Of a DNA stretch of 64,000 nt, positions 21,090 to 33,807 are shown piece by piece; the stretch's first letter is position 1; each line of letters starts with the position of its first letter. Origin of the DNA: Paragordius varius (lineage: Eukaryota; Animalia; Nematomorpha); assembly GCA_964247055.1 (NCBI GenBank), contig OZ176053.1, positions 9,052,001-9,116,000 on the forward strand, given 5' to 3'. Both the position numbers and the translations under genes were made by a program. A model generated the notes under the pieces. That model had not been told where the DNA came from. It did not search any database and saw nothing but the letters and a program-made list of their open reading frames with translations.

Positions 21090-22430
21090 ATTATGTTCAT
21101 CATCATCAGGTCGTTGTTTTTACGGCGTGTGCTCACACATTTTCGAGCGAAATAGATTGTGATCGAGACAGTCTTCTGGACAATTGTGTAACGTTTAGAT
21201 TGCAGGTTTTGCACCAATCATAATTTTGGACTACGCGTTTAAATTGGCATTGGAATGAAAGAATTTTATTTTATTATGCAACCATGTGAGTGTTCAATAT
21301 AACAGTATCTGAGACGATTCTTTCTTAGCAAAGAGGATATTGGTAAGACATGAGTTGAGGATTTTATATTCCAGTTCTCTATTTTATTTTAATTGTTTAA
21401 TTTATAGGCCAACATTTGCAGTATCTGTGATGAGTTGATGAAATTCGGCCGCTTGTTGTATTCGTGTGGTTATGGTGTTTTTTATAAAAATATCTGCTAT
21501 TGTATCATCCAAGTATCTTGTTTACTATTTCGTATTTATATATGGAAAAAAGGGTTTAATTGTTACATTCTGGTGCTGCACACTCTTTAGATATTTTAAT
21601 AATTATTAAACTTCCTTATTTATAAGCACTGCCCACAGTTAACATTATGTGCATTTATGAGAATTAAGTTTCGTTGGGCGAGACAAATGAAACATGGGAA
21701 TTTTATCCAGGTACAGGTGAGTTTCTGATTAAGGCTTTGTTTTATCTATGTTAATCTTCAATCCAAATTTTTCTAAGTAGACTGATTGTTTGGCTTGTGG
21801 CTGTTACTATAATATCGTCAGCGTACATTATTTCAAACGGTAGCCTCTTTTTATATTCTTAGTTATTAGACCCATAATAATGAAATTATGGGCTGAGGAT
21901 GAAGCCTTGGTATAGCCCGACAGTTATTAGACATCGATTAGTATCTCTCACGCAATTAGTGGTGTTCTCGTATGATAAATTTATTATTATTATTATTCGT
22001 GAATTTCATTTCGGAAAGCAAATAAATCATAGACCGCGAGATGCAGTCGAAAGCATGGCTTAAGTCAATAAATATATGATATAAAGTTTTATTTTTGCAT
22101 CTGTAATTTTGTAACCTTGTAAGAATAAATAAGGTGTCAGATATGTTGATACCTCATTGAAATCCCAATAGGGTTTCGTCAATCGAGCAAAGCTGGCGTA
22201 TTTTTCTTTCTATTATAATTTCGAATAATGCAGCATGTTCAAGTTATTTAAATGGTTTGTATGATGAGCAACTGCCGCCTTTCTTTTTATAAATTGGAAC
22301 TATGATACTGGTTCCAATCATTTAGGATTTTTTCCTGCATATCCAGATTAAATTGTTTTGCGAAATATGAAAAATTGCTTTGTCAAATAGGAAACCACTT
22401 TTGGTATTAGTATATTCACCCATATTTTTT
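21090..22430 (-). mobile_element. Degenerate 5'-truncated RTE-like LINE
   Basis: Minus strand gives broken RT motifs GLYQGFILSP and LPFEIMYADDIIVTAT; (TGA)n-like tail near 21100. Boundaries approximate. Confidence 0.7.
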
Positions 22431-22569
22431 ACAAATGATAATAACCCTTTGCCCCAAATTTTATTTTATTGTGAACAATAGTAAAAACATCCATCAATCT
22501 ATTATAAAAAATATATTTATTGGATAACTATTATTTATCAATATTATGGGTGTAATAACTGATATAAAA

Positions 22570-23430
22570 AAATGCTTACCGTTTAAAATGATATACGCTA
22601 ACGATATTATATTAACAGCCATGATTAATAAGTTCGATCGCTGGAAAACTACTTTTAAGAAATTTGGTTAAGGTTTTATACAGATAAAAGAAAAGCCTTA
22701 GTTACAGGCTCACCTGTACCTGAAATAAAATTCAGGTCCTCCCGAAATAAAAACGTAATTCCATCGTATGCAAAGCTAATCGTTAGTGTACTAAAAGTAT
22801 TCATGAACTAGTTTAATATATATCGAAATATAAGTAAGCGTGTGCAACACCAGAAAATAAACCAAACAGTTTTATCCAAATTACCTACTCCTCATCAATA
22901 AATAAAACAATTTTATGGGGAATGGCAGAAACTAATATAAAAACAACATAACAACACCAACCAAATTTCATTAACTAAGTATGTAATGAAACACACATAA
23001 ATTACCCAAACAAGGGTAAAATCTAAACGATTGCCATTCGCCTTGTCCTCACATAAGCTATCGAAAGTTGGCCTTTAAATCAAACCAATGAAAATATATG
23101 CGAGTAGGAAAACAAATTCAACTCCTCTCTCACTAATGATTACCACAATGATAAAACAATAATAATAAAGGATACATAATTTGTACCAAATCTCACCACT
23201 ATCCTCTTTACTCAAAGCGAATCATCTTAGATACTGGGGCCATATTGAACGTTCCATGGCAATTTAAGGCGTGGTAGACCAATCATGTTTGGTTATCAGA
23301 AACAATCTAAACGTAACACAATTGACCAAAGACGACTAACTCGATCGCAAGTTATTTCGCTCAAAAATAGGAAGCTGGCACACGCCGGCAACGATATAAT
23401 GATTGTAGAATGGATACAAAATTATAACAC
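22570..23430 (+). mobile_element. Degenerate RTE-like LINE 3' fragment, same family as 21090-22430, opposite orientation
   Basis: MIYANDIILTA (YADD region) at ~22578; 23305-23395 closely matches the reverse complement of 21115-21205. Boundaries approximate. Confidence 0.65.
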
Positions 23431-24738
23431 CAATCTCATAAATGCCATGTAAAAACAAGGTCATACTTAAAATGTTCAAGGACCGGTTTAAAGTGTTAAA
23501 AGACATGGTATATTAGCCCAATTATTTTGATATAATGTGAAATAAATAGCAAAATAAATATATAAACCGCAAAATTTTTACATGATACTTCTTGTAACAA
23601 TCTTTCATAACTCTTATTATAAAAAAACAAAATCAAATCATTATAACTTACGTTTTTATACTTTTTAAGAATGATTTTTTATGTTTAAAATATCCAGTTT
23701 CAAATTATTTATGATGTTGCAATACGCATTATGGCAGCTGCCTATATATAACTTACAAACACCAAAAATATGAAAGAGTTTTACCATAAATCTTTGGTAA
23801 AAACGCAATTTGGTACTTGCATTTTACTAATTGAATTTTCGTAAAATTATTTGAAATTATAAATCAAAAATCCTCGACATGGTTATATCTTTTAAATGGA
23901 TAAGCATTAACCAATGTAAATGAAAAACTATCAAATAAATTAGTGACACAAATTTATGTGTCATCGTTACTTTGACTTTTTAATATTTACTATCAGTGTA
24001 ATAGTATTTGTGATATAAAATTATAATTAGAATTTTTTCTTTTTTCAATTGTGCATTCTATATTAAAATAATAATTAAAAGGCTTTTTAAGGATATATGA
24101 AAAATGTCCAATTATAATATATCGTTAAAAAATCAAAAACTCAATAAATATTAAATATGCTGTTAACCCACTATTAATATTAAAGATATGATGCGATATA
24201 TCAGCAAAACGGAGTGTTGTCCATTTAAAACTATGGTATGAAAATGGACAAAACTCGTATATCAACAAATGAATATGTATTGGACATTAAACAAAAAAGT
24301 CTTCAATTTAATATTTTTGATTTTTTAACATATATCATCTCGTAAAATACTTCAATAAATTTATAAACAAAGCTGTAAATTTTAGTATTTTCTGGATAAT
24401 ATTATTTTGATAATTAAATCAAAAGCCTACAACAATTTTTTTTTATTTTATTATGCAACCCTAATAAATAAATTTAAATAGTTTTAATAATTCGCCATTT
24501 ACCCCATATAAAACCGAATAAAGCAAATAAACGATTTATACCAATCAAGAGAATCAATTTTGTGCGCTCTCTCGAATGTTATAAAATTCTTTGTTGACAC
24601 TTTTTAATTGATTAATATTAATTTCAAAAAATATTCATCAAAAAAATTCTTAAGATATGGACCCTTTTTTAAAAAAATCATCAATTATGTGCTTAAGTAA
24701 AATAAATTTGGAATTTTCAAAAATAGCACTTAAAAAAG

Positions 24739-27700
24739 TCAAAATTCATTGTATAATATATAAATAATGGTAAGTCCTAACGATAAAAATGATCAATTGA
24801 CAGGACATATCTATACCTATAAGCCCCTGATCTTGTAAAAGTTTGCGGGCAACATTATTTATGACTTTAAAACGATCAGGACCCATTTTAATGCCACCAT
24901 ACCATCGGCTAACCACGATTGCTACATTACTTACGTTAGTTAATTCAAGTAAATGAAGTAATCGCTGTCCAGCTGCATTTTCCCCATCATCATCGTAATC
25001 TTGGTACCATGTATGGCTATCTGTCAAAGCAAATTGTATAGAGTAAAAAATAAATTTATTAAGACAGCGATACTTTTCAAACCTTGGTTTTTTTCAACCA
25101 AAACTATATAATTACAAAGAAATATATTGAGTAAAAACCCTAAATAATAAATTGCAGTTATAAGTATAAAGGTTTATAAATATTAATTTTCTTAAAAAAT
25201 ATTTGAGCTTTGGTTTTAACGTTGTGTGTGTATAATTTCGATTTTCAAATTATCATTAATATATGGATGCAAGGTTTTAAATTTTATTTTAAGATAACCA
25301 TATTGATACAATAGCCTGCTACCTCTCTATTAATAAGTATAAGATAAAAAAATAATAAAATATCATTTTTTAAACTCAAACGTTTAGATTACATAAATTT
25401 GTGGGACGATGACTCAATATGGAAGTTGCGTTTACACTAGTAAAAATTTGAATTCACAACAAGGAATTAGGAAGAACCAGCATGTTTGGTTATACGATGG
25501 TTATAATAAAGGCCGTTTTCGTTTGTATCTTGATATACCATTTACAGCTCAAATTCACCCTTAAACAATTCAAATTCACCCTTGAACAATTTAAGTTCAC
25601 CCTCGAACAATTCAAATTCACCCTTGAACAATTCAAATTCAACCCAAAAATAAATTATGTGTTTTTAAACTAATATAACTCATTATTAATGAGAAATATA
25701 TCATTATGGCATAGTTTATTATTTTTTCAGTATTATTTAAATTTAAAACAAAATTTTTATTTTTTAAAAATATATAAATATATTATGTAATTTTTAATCT
25801 AAAAACATATATTTTATTTGAGGGTAAATTTGAATTGTTTAAGGGTGAATTTAAATTGTTCAAGGGTAAATTGGAATCTGTTCAAGGGTGAATTTGAATT
25901 GTAAATGGTATATAACTATCTTAGGGGTGCAAAGTCCGACTCCCACCTCCACGTGGTGCACCCTGGTTAATACCAACGGGAGCGGCAAAGGAAAGAAATC
26001 ATCTGTGTGGGGTGTGGTGGAAAAAAAATAAACTACCATTATTTTTTCCTATAAAATACCACAATACCTGCATTCACACAGATGATAAAGCGGGTTTATC
26101 TGGCGCTATAACCAGTTGCTAGAAACAACCAATTTGTAATATATGTAAGGGGGGATGGAACTCCGTAAGCCCAGAAAGGCAATTCCATAGGTCAGGGACA
26201 CCGAAATAGTCTCTTGATTTGCAAAGGCATGCAAATTGTAAAACAATCGCCTTAATCATACCGTATATGAAAATAATGAATGAATTGACAACACTTTTAA
26301 ACAATGATATATATTTTAAAAATGATAATATTAATCTTACAAATAATTTTATTAATGATATTAATATATGAAATAATCTTAATTTTGATAATAATATTAA
26401 TTTACATGATAACAATATTAATGCTCTCCTAAAAAACCACAAACATCAAAAAACACCCAACAATATTGTAAAACCACTTAAGATCGGCACTTGGAATATC
26501 TCGACGTATTCGGTAGATCAAACTTAGTTATCGACCAAATAAAAGAGAAAAACATTGACATCTGTTGCCTCCAGGAAACAAGATATAAATCTGAGGGAAA
26601 GCTGAATATAGACAACTATACAATTTTCTACAAAGGTCAAATGAAAGGCCAACATGGAATGGCTATAGCTATTAAAAATGAATATTGTGATAATATAATA
26701 GGTAAACAGACACAACGAAAGAATTATCCAAATACGTATCGGCTTTAAAAAACAAATTCTTAACATACTTTCCATCTATGCTCCCCAGTCTGGATTAAGC
26801 GAAGCAACCAAACAAGCCTTTTGGAACCAACTATACGACATTTCCCATGCAATACCTCCAAATGACAAAATTTTTATAGGTGGAGATTTCAATTCCCACG
26901 TTGGCACTAATGGTGAAGACTATATGAGAATACATGGAGGAAACGCTTTTGGCAGCCGTAACAAAGAAGGTGATACATTATTAGAATACTGCGCATTTCT
27001 TAGACTTACTATCTGCAATACCCTCTTCACGAAACCAGCAAAGAAATTAATAACTTATACAAGTGGTAATCAAAATTCTATGGTAGACTACATTTTAACA
27101 CCCATACAAGATAGAAAATTCATTAAAGACTCTAAAACATACCTTACTGACACACAACATAAATTAATTGTAGCAATAATAACAATAAACAAATCCTATT
27201 ACCATAGTAACCAGAAACCTAAAATAAACTTAGAAAAACTACACCTTCCTGATCTTAAACTTCAACTCTCAGAAACTGTCAATGCTTCGCTTAGCCTCAA
27301 CCACAAAACATCTGAACAAGCTTGGGATAATTTTAAAAACAGCATCATCCCAAATGTGCTTAATTGTTGTGGCAGAAAGAAAATATACAGGAAAAAACAA
27401 CAATCAAATTTGTGGTGGTCAGAATCCATAAAACCTTTAATTAAAATTAAACGCAATAACTATAAAAGATGGAAACAAACAAAAGATAAAAGAGACTTGG
27501 AATCATATATCAAATCAAATAAAAATTTACAACAAGCCATCAATATTTCAGCCAACAAAAAAGCTTTGAATTTAGCTAAAAAATTAGAACAAGACATGAA
27601 AAATCTTAAGATTTTTCGAACAATAAATTCAGTTAACAATAATAAAAAGGACATTAAACAAATTTCCTATATTAAAGATAAAGATCAACAACTAGTAACT

Positions 27701-30700
27701 GAGTGGAGTGACATAAACAATGTCTGGACAACGTATTACAAAGAACAATTTGCACAAAAACATGATTTTGAAACAATAAACCAACCACCAGCAATTGGTC
27801 CTCGACCATTGATAACAACAGACGATGTAAGAGATGCCTTGGCCAAGATGAAAAATAATAAAGCTACAGGTCCATCTGAACTCAGCTGTGACATGATCAA
27901 AGCTTTACCACAATGCATTATACATTTAACTAACATATTCAATCTAATCTTATCAACGAATCGCATCCCTAATGATTGGTCAAAAAGCACCATCATACCC
28001 ATTTATAAAAACAAAGGAGACATACTCGTTTGTTCCTCCTACAGACCACTAAAGTTGTTGTAACACCCGTTAAAAATTTTTGAATCCATTATTGAATCAA
28101 AACTAAGATCAATCGTTAGTATACAGGAATCACAATATGCCTATAAACCAAACAGTAGCACAATTGATGCAATCTTCATTTTGAGAAGATTGCAAGAGAA
28201 CTATTTAGCGAAAAATAAAAAACTATATCATGTTTTTATTGATTTACAAAGGGCCTTTGATTGTATCCACAGGAAGTTGATCACATCCACACTACGAGCC
28301 AACAATGTAGATGATTGGATAATTAAATCAATAGAAATGATGTACTACAAAACAACAAACTGCGTCAGATTAACACTAGGTAACACAGCTTTTGTTCCAA
28401 ACGAATCTGGTCTTCATCAAGGCTCCATCCTAAGCCCTCTACTCTTCATTTTAATAATGGATTACCTAACAAAAGATATAAAACAAGGCCCACCATGGGA
28501 ACTTATCTATGCGGACGACATTTCACCGCAACATCAATGGAAGCATTAAATCAAAAGTACAACACATGGAAATCACACTTAGAAAAGGGTGGAATGAATA
28601 TAAATGTAAGCAAAACAAAGGTGATGATAACGGGTGAAACTGTTTATGAACGACCTAAGTTTCCATGTGGAGTATGTGATTTAGATGTTAAACTCAATTC
28701 AATCCTATGTACATCATACAATAAGTGGGTACACAAAAAGTGCTCGCTTATAAAAGGGAAATTAATCAACAATGACAAATTTATATGTGAATCATGTAAA
28801 AATAAAACAATAAATCACTCATCCACTTCCCTAAATTACGTTTATATGGCAGACACTAAAATCGAATTGGTGAATAATTTCAAATACTTGGGCGATGTCA
28901 TACATTGCCTAGGTGGAATAACCCAATCAGTTAAATATAGATCCCAACAAGCTTGGGTAAAATATCATCAACTTAAATTTGTCCTCAAAAATAAACACAT
29001 ATCAGCAAAAAACAAAGGTTTGATTTACAAAGCCGGCATACGTCCCATACTCCTGTATGGTTGCGAAACGTGGCCGATGACAGATTCAATCGAGAAAAAA
29101 CTAATGAACTTAGAAAAACGGATACTAAATTTATTCCAACCCAATAAGTCAAATTCAAATTTACATCAACTCTACCAAATTGAACCTTTAAATGTCATGC
29201 TCAGAAAAAATAGGCTTAGATATTTCGGACACATCAAACGTGCTCCAGAACAATGGACAAATAAAATTTTATACCTACATCCCGAAGGTAACAATCGCAG
29301 GGGCAGACCAACATTCAACTGGGAAAAAACAATAAATAATGATTTAAGTGTTGCCAACATTGATGATAACGCCTGGCAGGATCGCAAATATTACAGACAG
29401 CTTCTATACGGATACAATGGCTAGCCATTACACAAAGACGATACGATATAACTATCTTAGATTATTATAATATTAACATGGGACTATTGTCTCAACCAGT
29501 ATATAGCTATAGAGTTGGAACTTATAACAGTAAAACCGTCTGCAACACAAGCATCCCTATAACATAAAATTTAACGTTTATGAGGATGAATAGCTGAGAA
29601 ATTGGGCCATACATTTTATAATGGTTTTAATGATAAAAAGTGTTATCACAATTAAACCATTGATGGTAAAGCAGTTTAACACATCTTTTGTGTTGGGAAG
29701 TTTCCTTTATAAATGCTCAATTTAAAAGGTTTTCTTATTGGCCCGTAAATTTTAGCGGTTCCTTCTCGCGTCTTTAAGCAATTTTCCAAGTCGATTTCAC
29801 TATATTTATGTATTTCATTTATGATCAAATTATTGAAAGCCTATTATATGTTTGCATCTTGGCTTGGTTTGTCGATTCCCGTAAAGTTGTGTCTTCAAAA
29901 TAGGGTTTTGGTAACATTCAAAATAATTCATTACAAGGTATCTTATATATTCGCTGAACCTCAAAAAACTAAACTTAAAAAAAGCAACTGGCAAAATAAT
30001 AAAATCCCTAATAATTAATCGACAAGGCGTAACAATTATGAAAAAATTCTATATTCATTTTCAAGGGGTTTGATTTTTTCCAAACCCGCATATACTGAAA
30101 ATATCACAGATTTATATGATGTGATAGAAAAAATTATCACAAGAACGTGGCTTTGTTTGCATAGTATGTTATAAATTAGTGGTACTCAGCAAAAAAATTT
30201 GACGGGCCAAATAAAAAATATTTTTTGTTTCGAGGGCCATGAACCTTATAATGGCAAATTTATAACTATTTGACACATATTATACTTTAAATAGGCACAA
30301 TAAATTTTTTGCGGAACGCATGTAAATCCAGCGAAAAACTCGTCACCATTTAGTTTAAAAAATTAAAATATTTTAATAACAACATTTATTTTTTTGACAA
30401 ATTTGGTTTCGCCTCATGACAGGCCAATCTTAATACGTCGTTTTTTGTAAATATGCCGTCTCACACATGTAAGTTGAGAGAAAAACAGTTAGGATAACTT
30501 GAGCACATTTTCATATGTATTTGGTACATCTTGCAAAACTCTGCATATCTTTCTCTACAATACACCTGGAATATAGCCCCGAATCGGAATCATTTTTAAA
30601 ATCTACGAATTCTTCAATGATATGCGCCTGATCAAAACCGAAATGCTCAAGCTTCTTAATATTGGATATATCCATAAGCCATAGATTTTCAACGAGTTTT

Positions 30701-33700
30701 TAGCAATTTTTAATATTTATTAATTTTTAAAATCTGAATTTCATCTCATCAAATAATGTTAAATGATTGTCTATTATTAAATTAATCTCCGCCGGAAATT
30801 CCATATTTTTTTCATGAATCGTTTTAAGTTTTGGGAAATAAAGGAGTGTTTTATTTATAAAATCTTGTTTATTATTAATTTTTCTTCAAAAACAAATATT
30901 TGAGCGAATTGGGTTATTATTTTGCTCTTTTGAAGACTTGTAAATACTTTATAAGTAATTTCGCAAAGGTAGGCTAATAAAACCCACCATTTGTCACTAT
31001 TAAATTCCTCGTCAAACTTTCTGTTATCCTATATAAATAATGGAATTTCATGCCTTAAAACAAAAAAATCATTTAATACTTTACTAAGATACCATTATTA
31101 TCGAAAAAGTGTTAATTATTTCGAGAAAATCACTTCCTTTCGTGGTATTATTTATTGGTAATAATTTTTAATATTCCTCGTTGATTATGTTGTCGTTGCC
31201 AAATCTCACGAAGAGCAGACATTGGGGGGTTGAACTAATATCAGTGCTAAAATTATTAGCAATATGAAAATGTTTGCAGTTTTAGAGCCAATAATGTAAA
31301 AAAATATTTACACGTATCTATGCGTCGAGATGTTGAATCAGAAAGTTGAATTTTTTAATTTGCCTCATGATTTGATCTTTATTATGGAATTTATCAAAAA
31401 AGGTGCAACCATTTATTGGACATTCTTTTATTAGTATTTTTTTCCTAAAACATATTTCATACGAAGCTAATGTTACAGCTCTTTCCTGGGAGAAATCTAT
31501 GGACATAATAGATTTTTCTTTTTGTTATTATTCCTTAATCTTTTTACATTTTTCGTTTATATCTTGATTTTCTGGTAATCTATGAGAATGATGGATGTAA
31601 AATGTCTTTCAATATTGTATTTTTATAATTATGTTGTCCTCACATATAAGGCTGATAACAACATTTTTATTTAAAACGACAAAAATTTTTTCTTTCCATT
31701 CTTTTTAAAGGAGTGATTTTCATCGGATAATTTAAGTTTTTAGCGTTAGATGTCATCCCTTAAATTTATGGTTAAATTTTATCCTCTTTTGTACACCGCT
31801 GTAAGATGGCTAAGCCTTAGTAAAGTATTTAATAAATTTTTTGTTTTAAGACACGAAATTCTATTATTTATAAAAGATAACAGAAAGTTTGACGAGGAAT
31901 TTAATAGTGACAAATGGTGGGTTTTATTAGCCTACGTTTGCGACACATCTAACGTATTTACAAGTCTTCAAAAGAGCAAAATAATAACCCAATTTGCTAA
32001 TCAAATATTTGTTTTTGAAGAAAAATTAATAATAAACAAGATTTTATAAATAAAACACTCCTATATTTCCCAAAACTTAAAACGATTCATGAAGAAAATA
32101 TGGAATTTACCGCGGAGAAGACAATCATTTAACAATATTTGATGAGATGAAATTCGGATTTTAAAAATTAAGAAATATTAAATTGCTAAAAACTCATTGA
32201 AAATCTATGGCTTATGGATATATCCAATATTAAGCAGCTTGAACATTTCGGTTTTGATCAGGCGTATATCATTGAAGAATTCGTAGATTTTAAAAATGAT
32301 TCCGATTTTGGCTATATTCCAGGGGTATCGTAGAGAAAGATATGTAGAGTTTTGGCAGGATGTACCAAATAGATATGAAAAAAATGTGCTCAAGTTATCC
32401 TAACTGTTTTTCTCTCAACTTACATGTGTGAGACGGCATATTTAAAAAAACGACGTATGAAGATTGGCCTGTCATGAGCCGAAACCAAATTTGTCAAAAA
32501 AATACATGTTGTTATCAAAATATTTTATTTTTTTCAAACTAAATGGTGACGAGTTTTTCGCTGGATTTACATGCGTTCCGCAAAAAATTCCTTGCGCCAA
32601 TTTTAAGTATAATATGTGTCAAATTGTTATAAATTTGCCATTATAAGGTTAATGGCCCTCGAAAAAAAAATATTTTTTATTTGGCCCGTAAAATTTTTTT
32701 GGTTAGTACCACTGGTATAAAAAATGAAGCAGGATAGCAATGAAAAGAATATGTATATGCAAGTTTGGGTGAAAGGCCTGCTTAAATACAATAAAGGAAT
32801 GCAATATATTTCAAAGAAAAGAAAATAGAATACAGAAACAGAAACAAAGTTTACATTAAGTATCAATATGGTCATAGAGCAATTTTAAAGCACTCTTAGG
32901 AACGCATGCGGCCCGCGGTTTGAGTACCACTGATATAAATCATTATTTATGAGTATATGCTAAAATAATAATTTTAATCAAACATAAACCTATTTTAATT
33001 TTTTATAAACCGGCTACAGCGACTCTGATAGGGCATAATCGGATAAAATACGGTAAGAAACACATTCTAAAAGTATAACTAATTTTTTTTTAAAATTTTA
33101 AAATAAAAAAATAGTTGTCGTTCAATAGTATTTAATATAAAAGTAATAATAAATTACTATTGAGGGAGGATGGATGTTGTATACGATAGGCTAATATATT
33201 ATGCGTTGCCTGAGCGATTTTTTTGTTTGCCTTAAGTTGATTCAAAAATTGGCTTATCTACTATAAATTTCAAAACTACTTGATCCACTGATGATATTTG
33301 GCATAGATGAGCCTGAAAGGTACTCTTTTTTTCAGTATAAAGTTCACCACTTATGATTTCTAAAGGCGGATAAACGGGTGATATGTCATTTTCTTTTATA
33401 ACTTCTGGTTTTTGTAAATGTTGGGATTGATTTTCATCCACAAAAGAACGAAAGCGGTCTATACATTCAAATAAAACACATTCGCCGTTGTTCAATCTTA
33501 AATTAACAAATTTTTACTTATAAATTTGTGAAAGTTGATTTTCAAATTCAGTTATTGAAGCTAGATCTTTACTTAGTCTAAAGTTTTAACAATTTCATAC
33601 CTTATAATAAACTTTGGTGGCTGATGACTAGGATAGTTTTCATTCAAAATAATCTATATTGTATATATATATATATATATATACCCTTAAGGTCACATTT

Positions 33701-33807
33701 AAATATTTATATATATAAATATTGTCATCTAATTTATCTAATCCATCATATATAGCTGTGATGGCTTCAATTTCTTCAAATTGCCTAATCTTATTATTTT
33801 CAATCAT
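24739..33807 (-). CDS. IMPACT: Protein IMPACT (RWD + UPF0029 domain). Exons 33807-33685, 33653-33601, 33577-33518, 33496-33280, 33257-33158, 25020-24817, tentative last exon 24776-24739
   Basis: Spliced product MIENNKIRQFEEIEAITAIY...NENYPSHQPP...EKKSTFQAHL...ANKKIAQATHNILAYRI...YQDYDDDGENAAGQRLLHLLE...VVSRWYGGIKMGPDRFKVINNVAR. Introns 31, 23, 21, 22 and 8137 nt, all in phase. Final exon uncertain. Confidence 0.92.
25536..25910. mobile_element. MITE with TACCATTT termini, TA TSD and 21-nt subterminal repeats (family copy 2)
   Basis: TA|taccatttac...gtaaatggta|TA; arrays of aattcacccttgaacaattca on the left mirrored by agggtgaatttgaattgttca on the right. The + ORF 25482-25673 (QFKFTLE repeats) is a by-product. 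Confidence 0.8.
25924..25985 (+). ncRNA. Candidate HDV-like self-cleaving ribozyme at the LINE 5' end
   Basis: P1 GGGGUGC (25924-30) / GCACCCU (25958-64) with G.U at position 1; P2 CUCCC / GGGAG (25940-44 / 25978-82); P3 ACC / GGU; L3 UCCACGU; P1.1 CC / GG; J4/2 CCAA. Folded by eye. Confidence 0.7.
25924..29445 (+). mobile_element. Full-length RTE-type non-LTR retrotransposon (APE endonuclease + RT + PHD-like finger), frameshifted
   Basis: TSD atataactatctta(g) at 25910 and 29446. Endonuclease motifs KIGTWNI, CLQET, YAPQSG, GGDFNSHVG, MVDYIL, TQHKL; RT motifs FIDLQRAFD, GLHQGSILSP, IYADD; short-repeat tail gacgatacgata. The ORF is split into at least four frames (26491, 26924, 28181, 28495). 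Confidence 0.95.
30177..32932 (-). mobile_element. hAT (SPIN/Buster-like) derivative containing an inverted duplicate of its own 3' half
   Basis: Outer TIRs tagtggtactca (30177) / tgagtaccactg (ends 32932), TSD ttataaat / atataaat (7 of 8). Transposase N-terminal remnants on minus strand ~31200-31750; C-terminal LYTAVRWLS...WVLLAYVCD remnant on plus strand 31780-32050 mirrored on minus strand ~30800-31095; third terminus ends at 32714. Confidence 0.85.

Noticed and set aside
24118-24335. Short AT-rich inverted repeat (gttaaaaaatcaaaaa / tttttgattttttaac)
   Set aside because: Could be a small MITE, but low complexity and no clear TSD.
29460-30100. Possible older minus-strand LINE fossil hosting the nested insertions (also 25380-25530)
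   Set aside because: Only a faint KIYGP-like remnant; too decayed to support.
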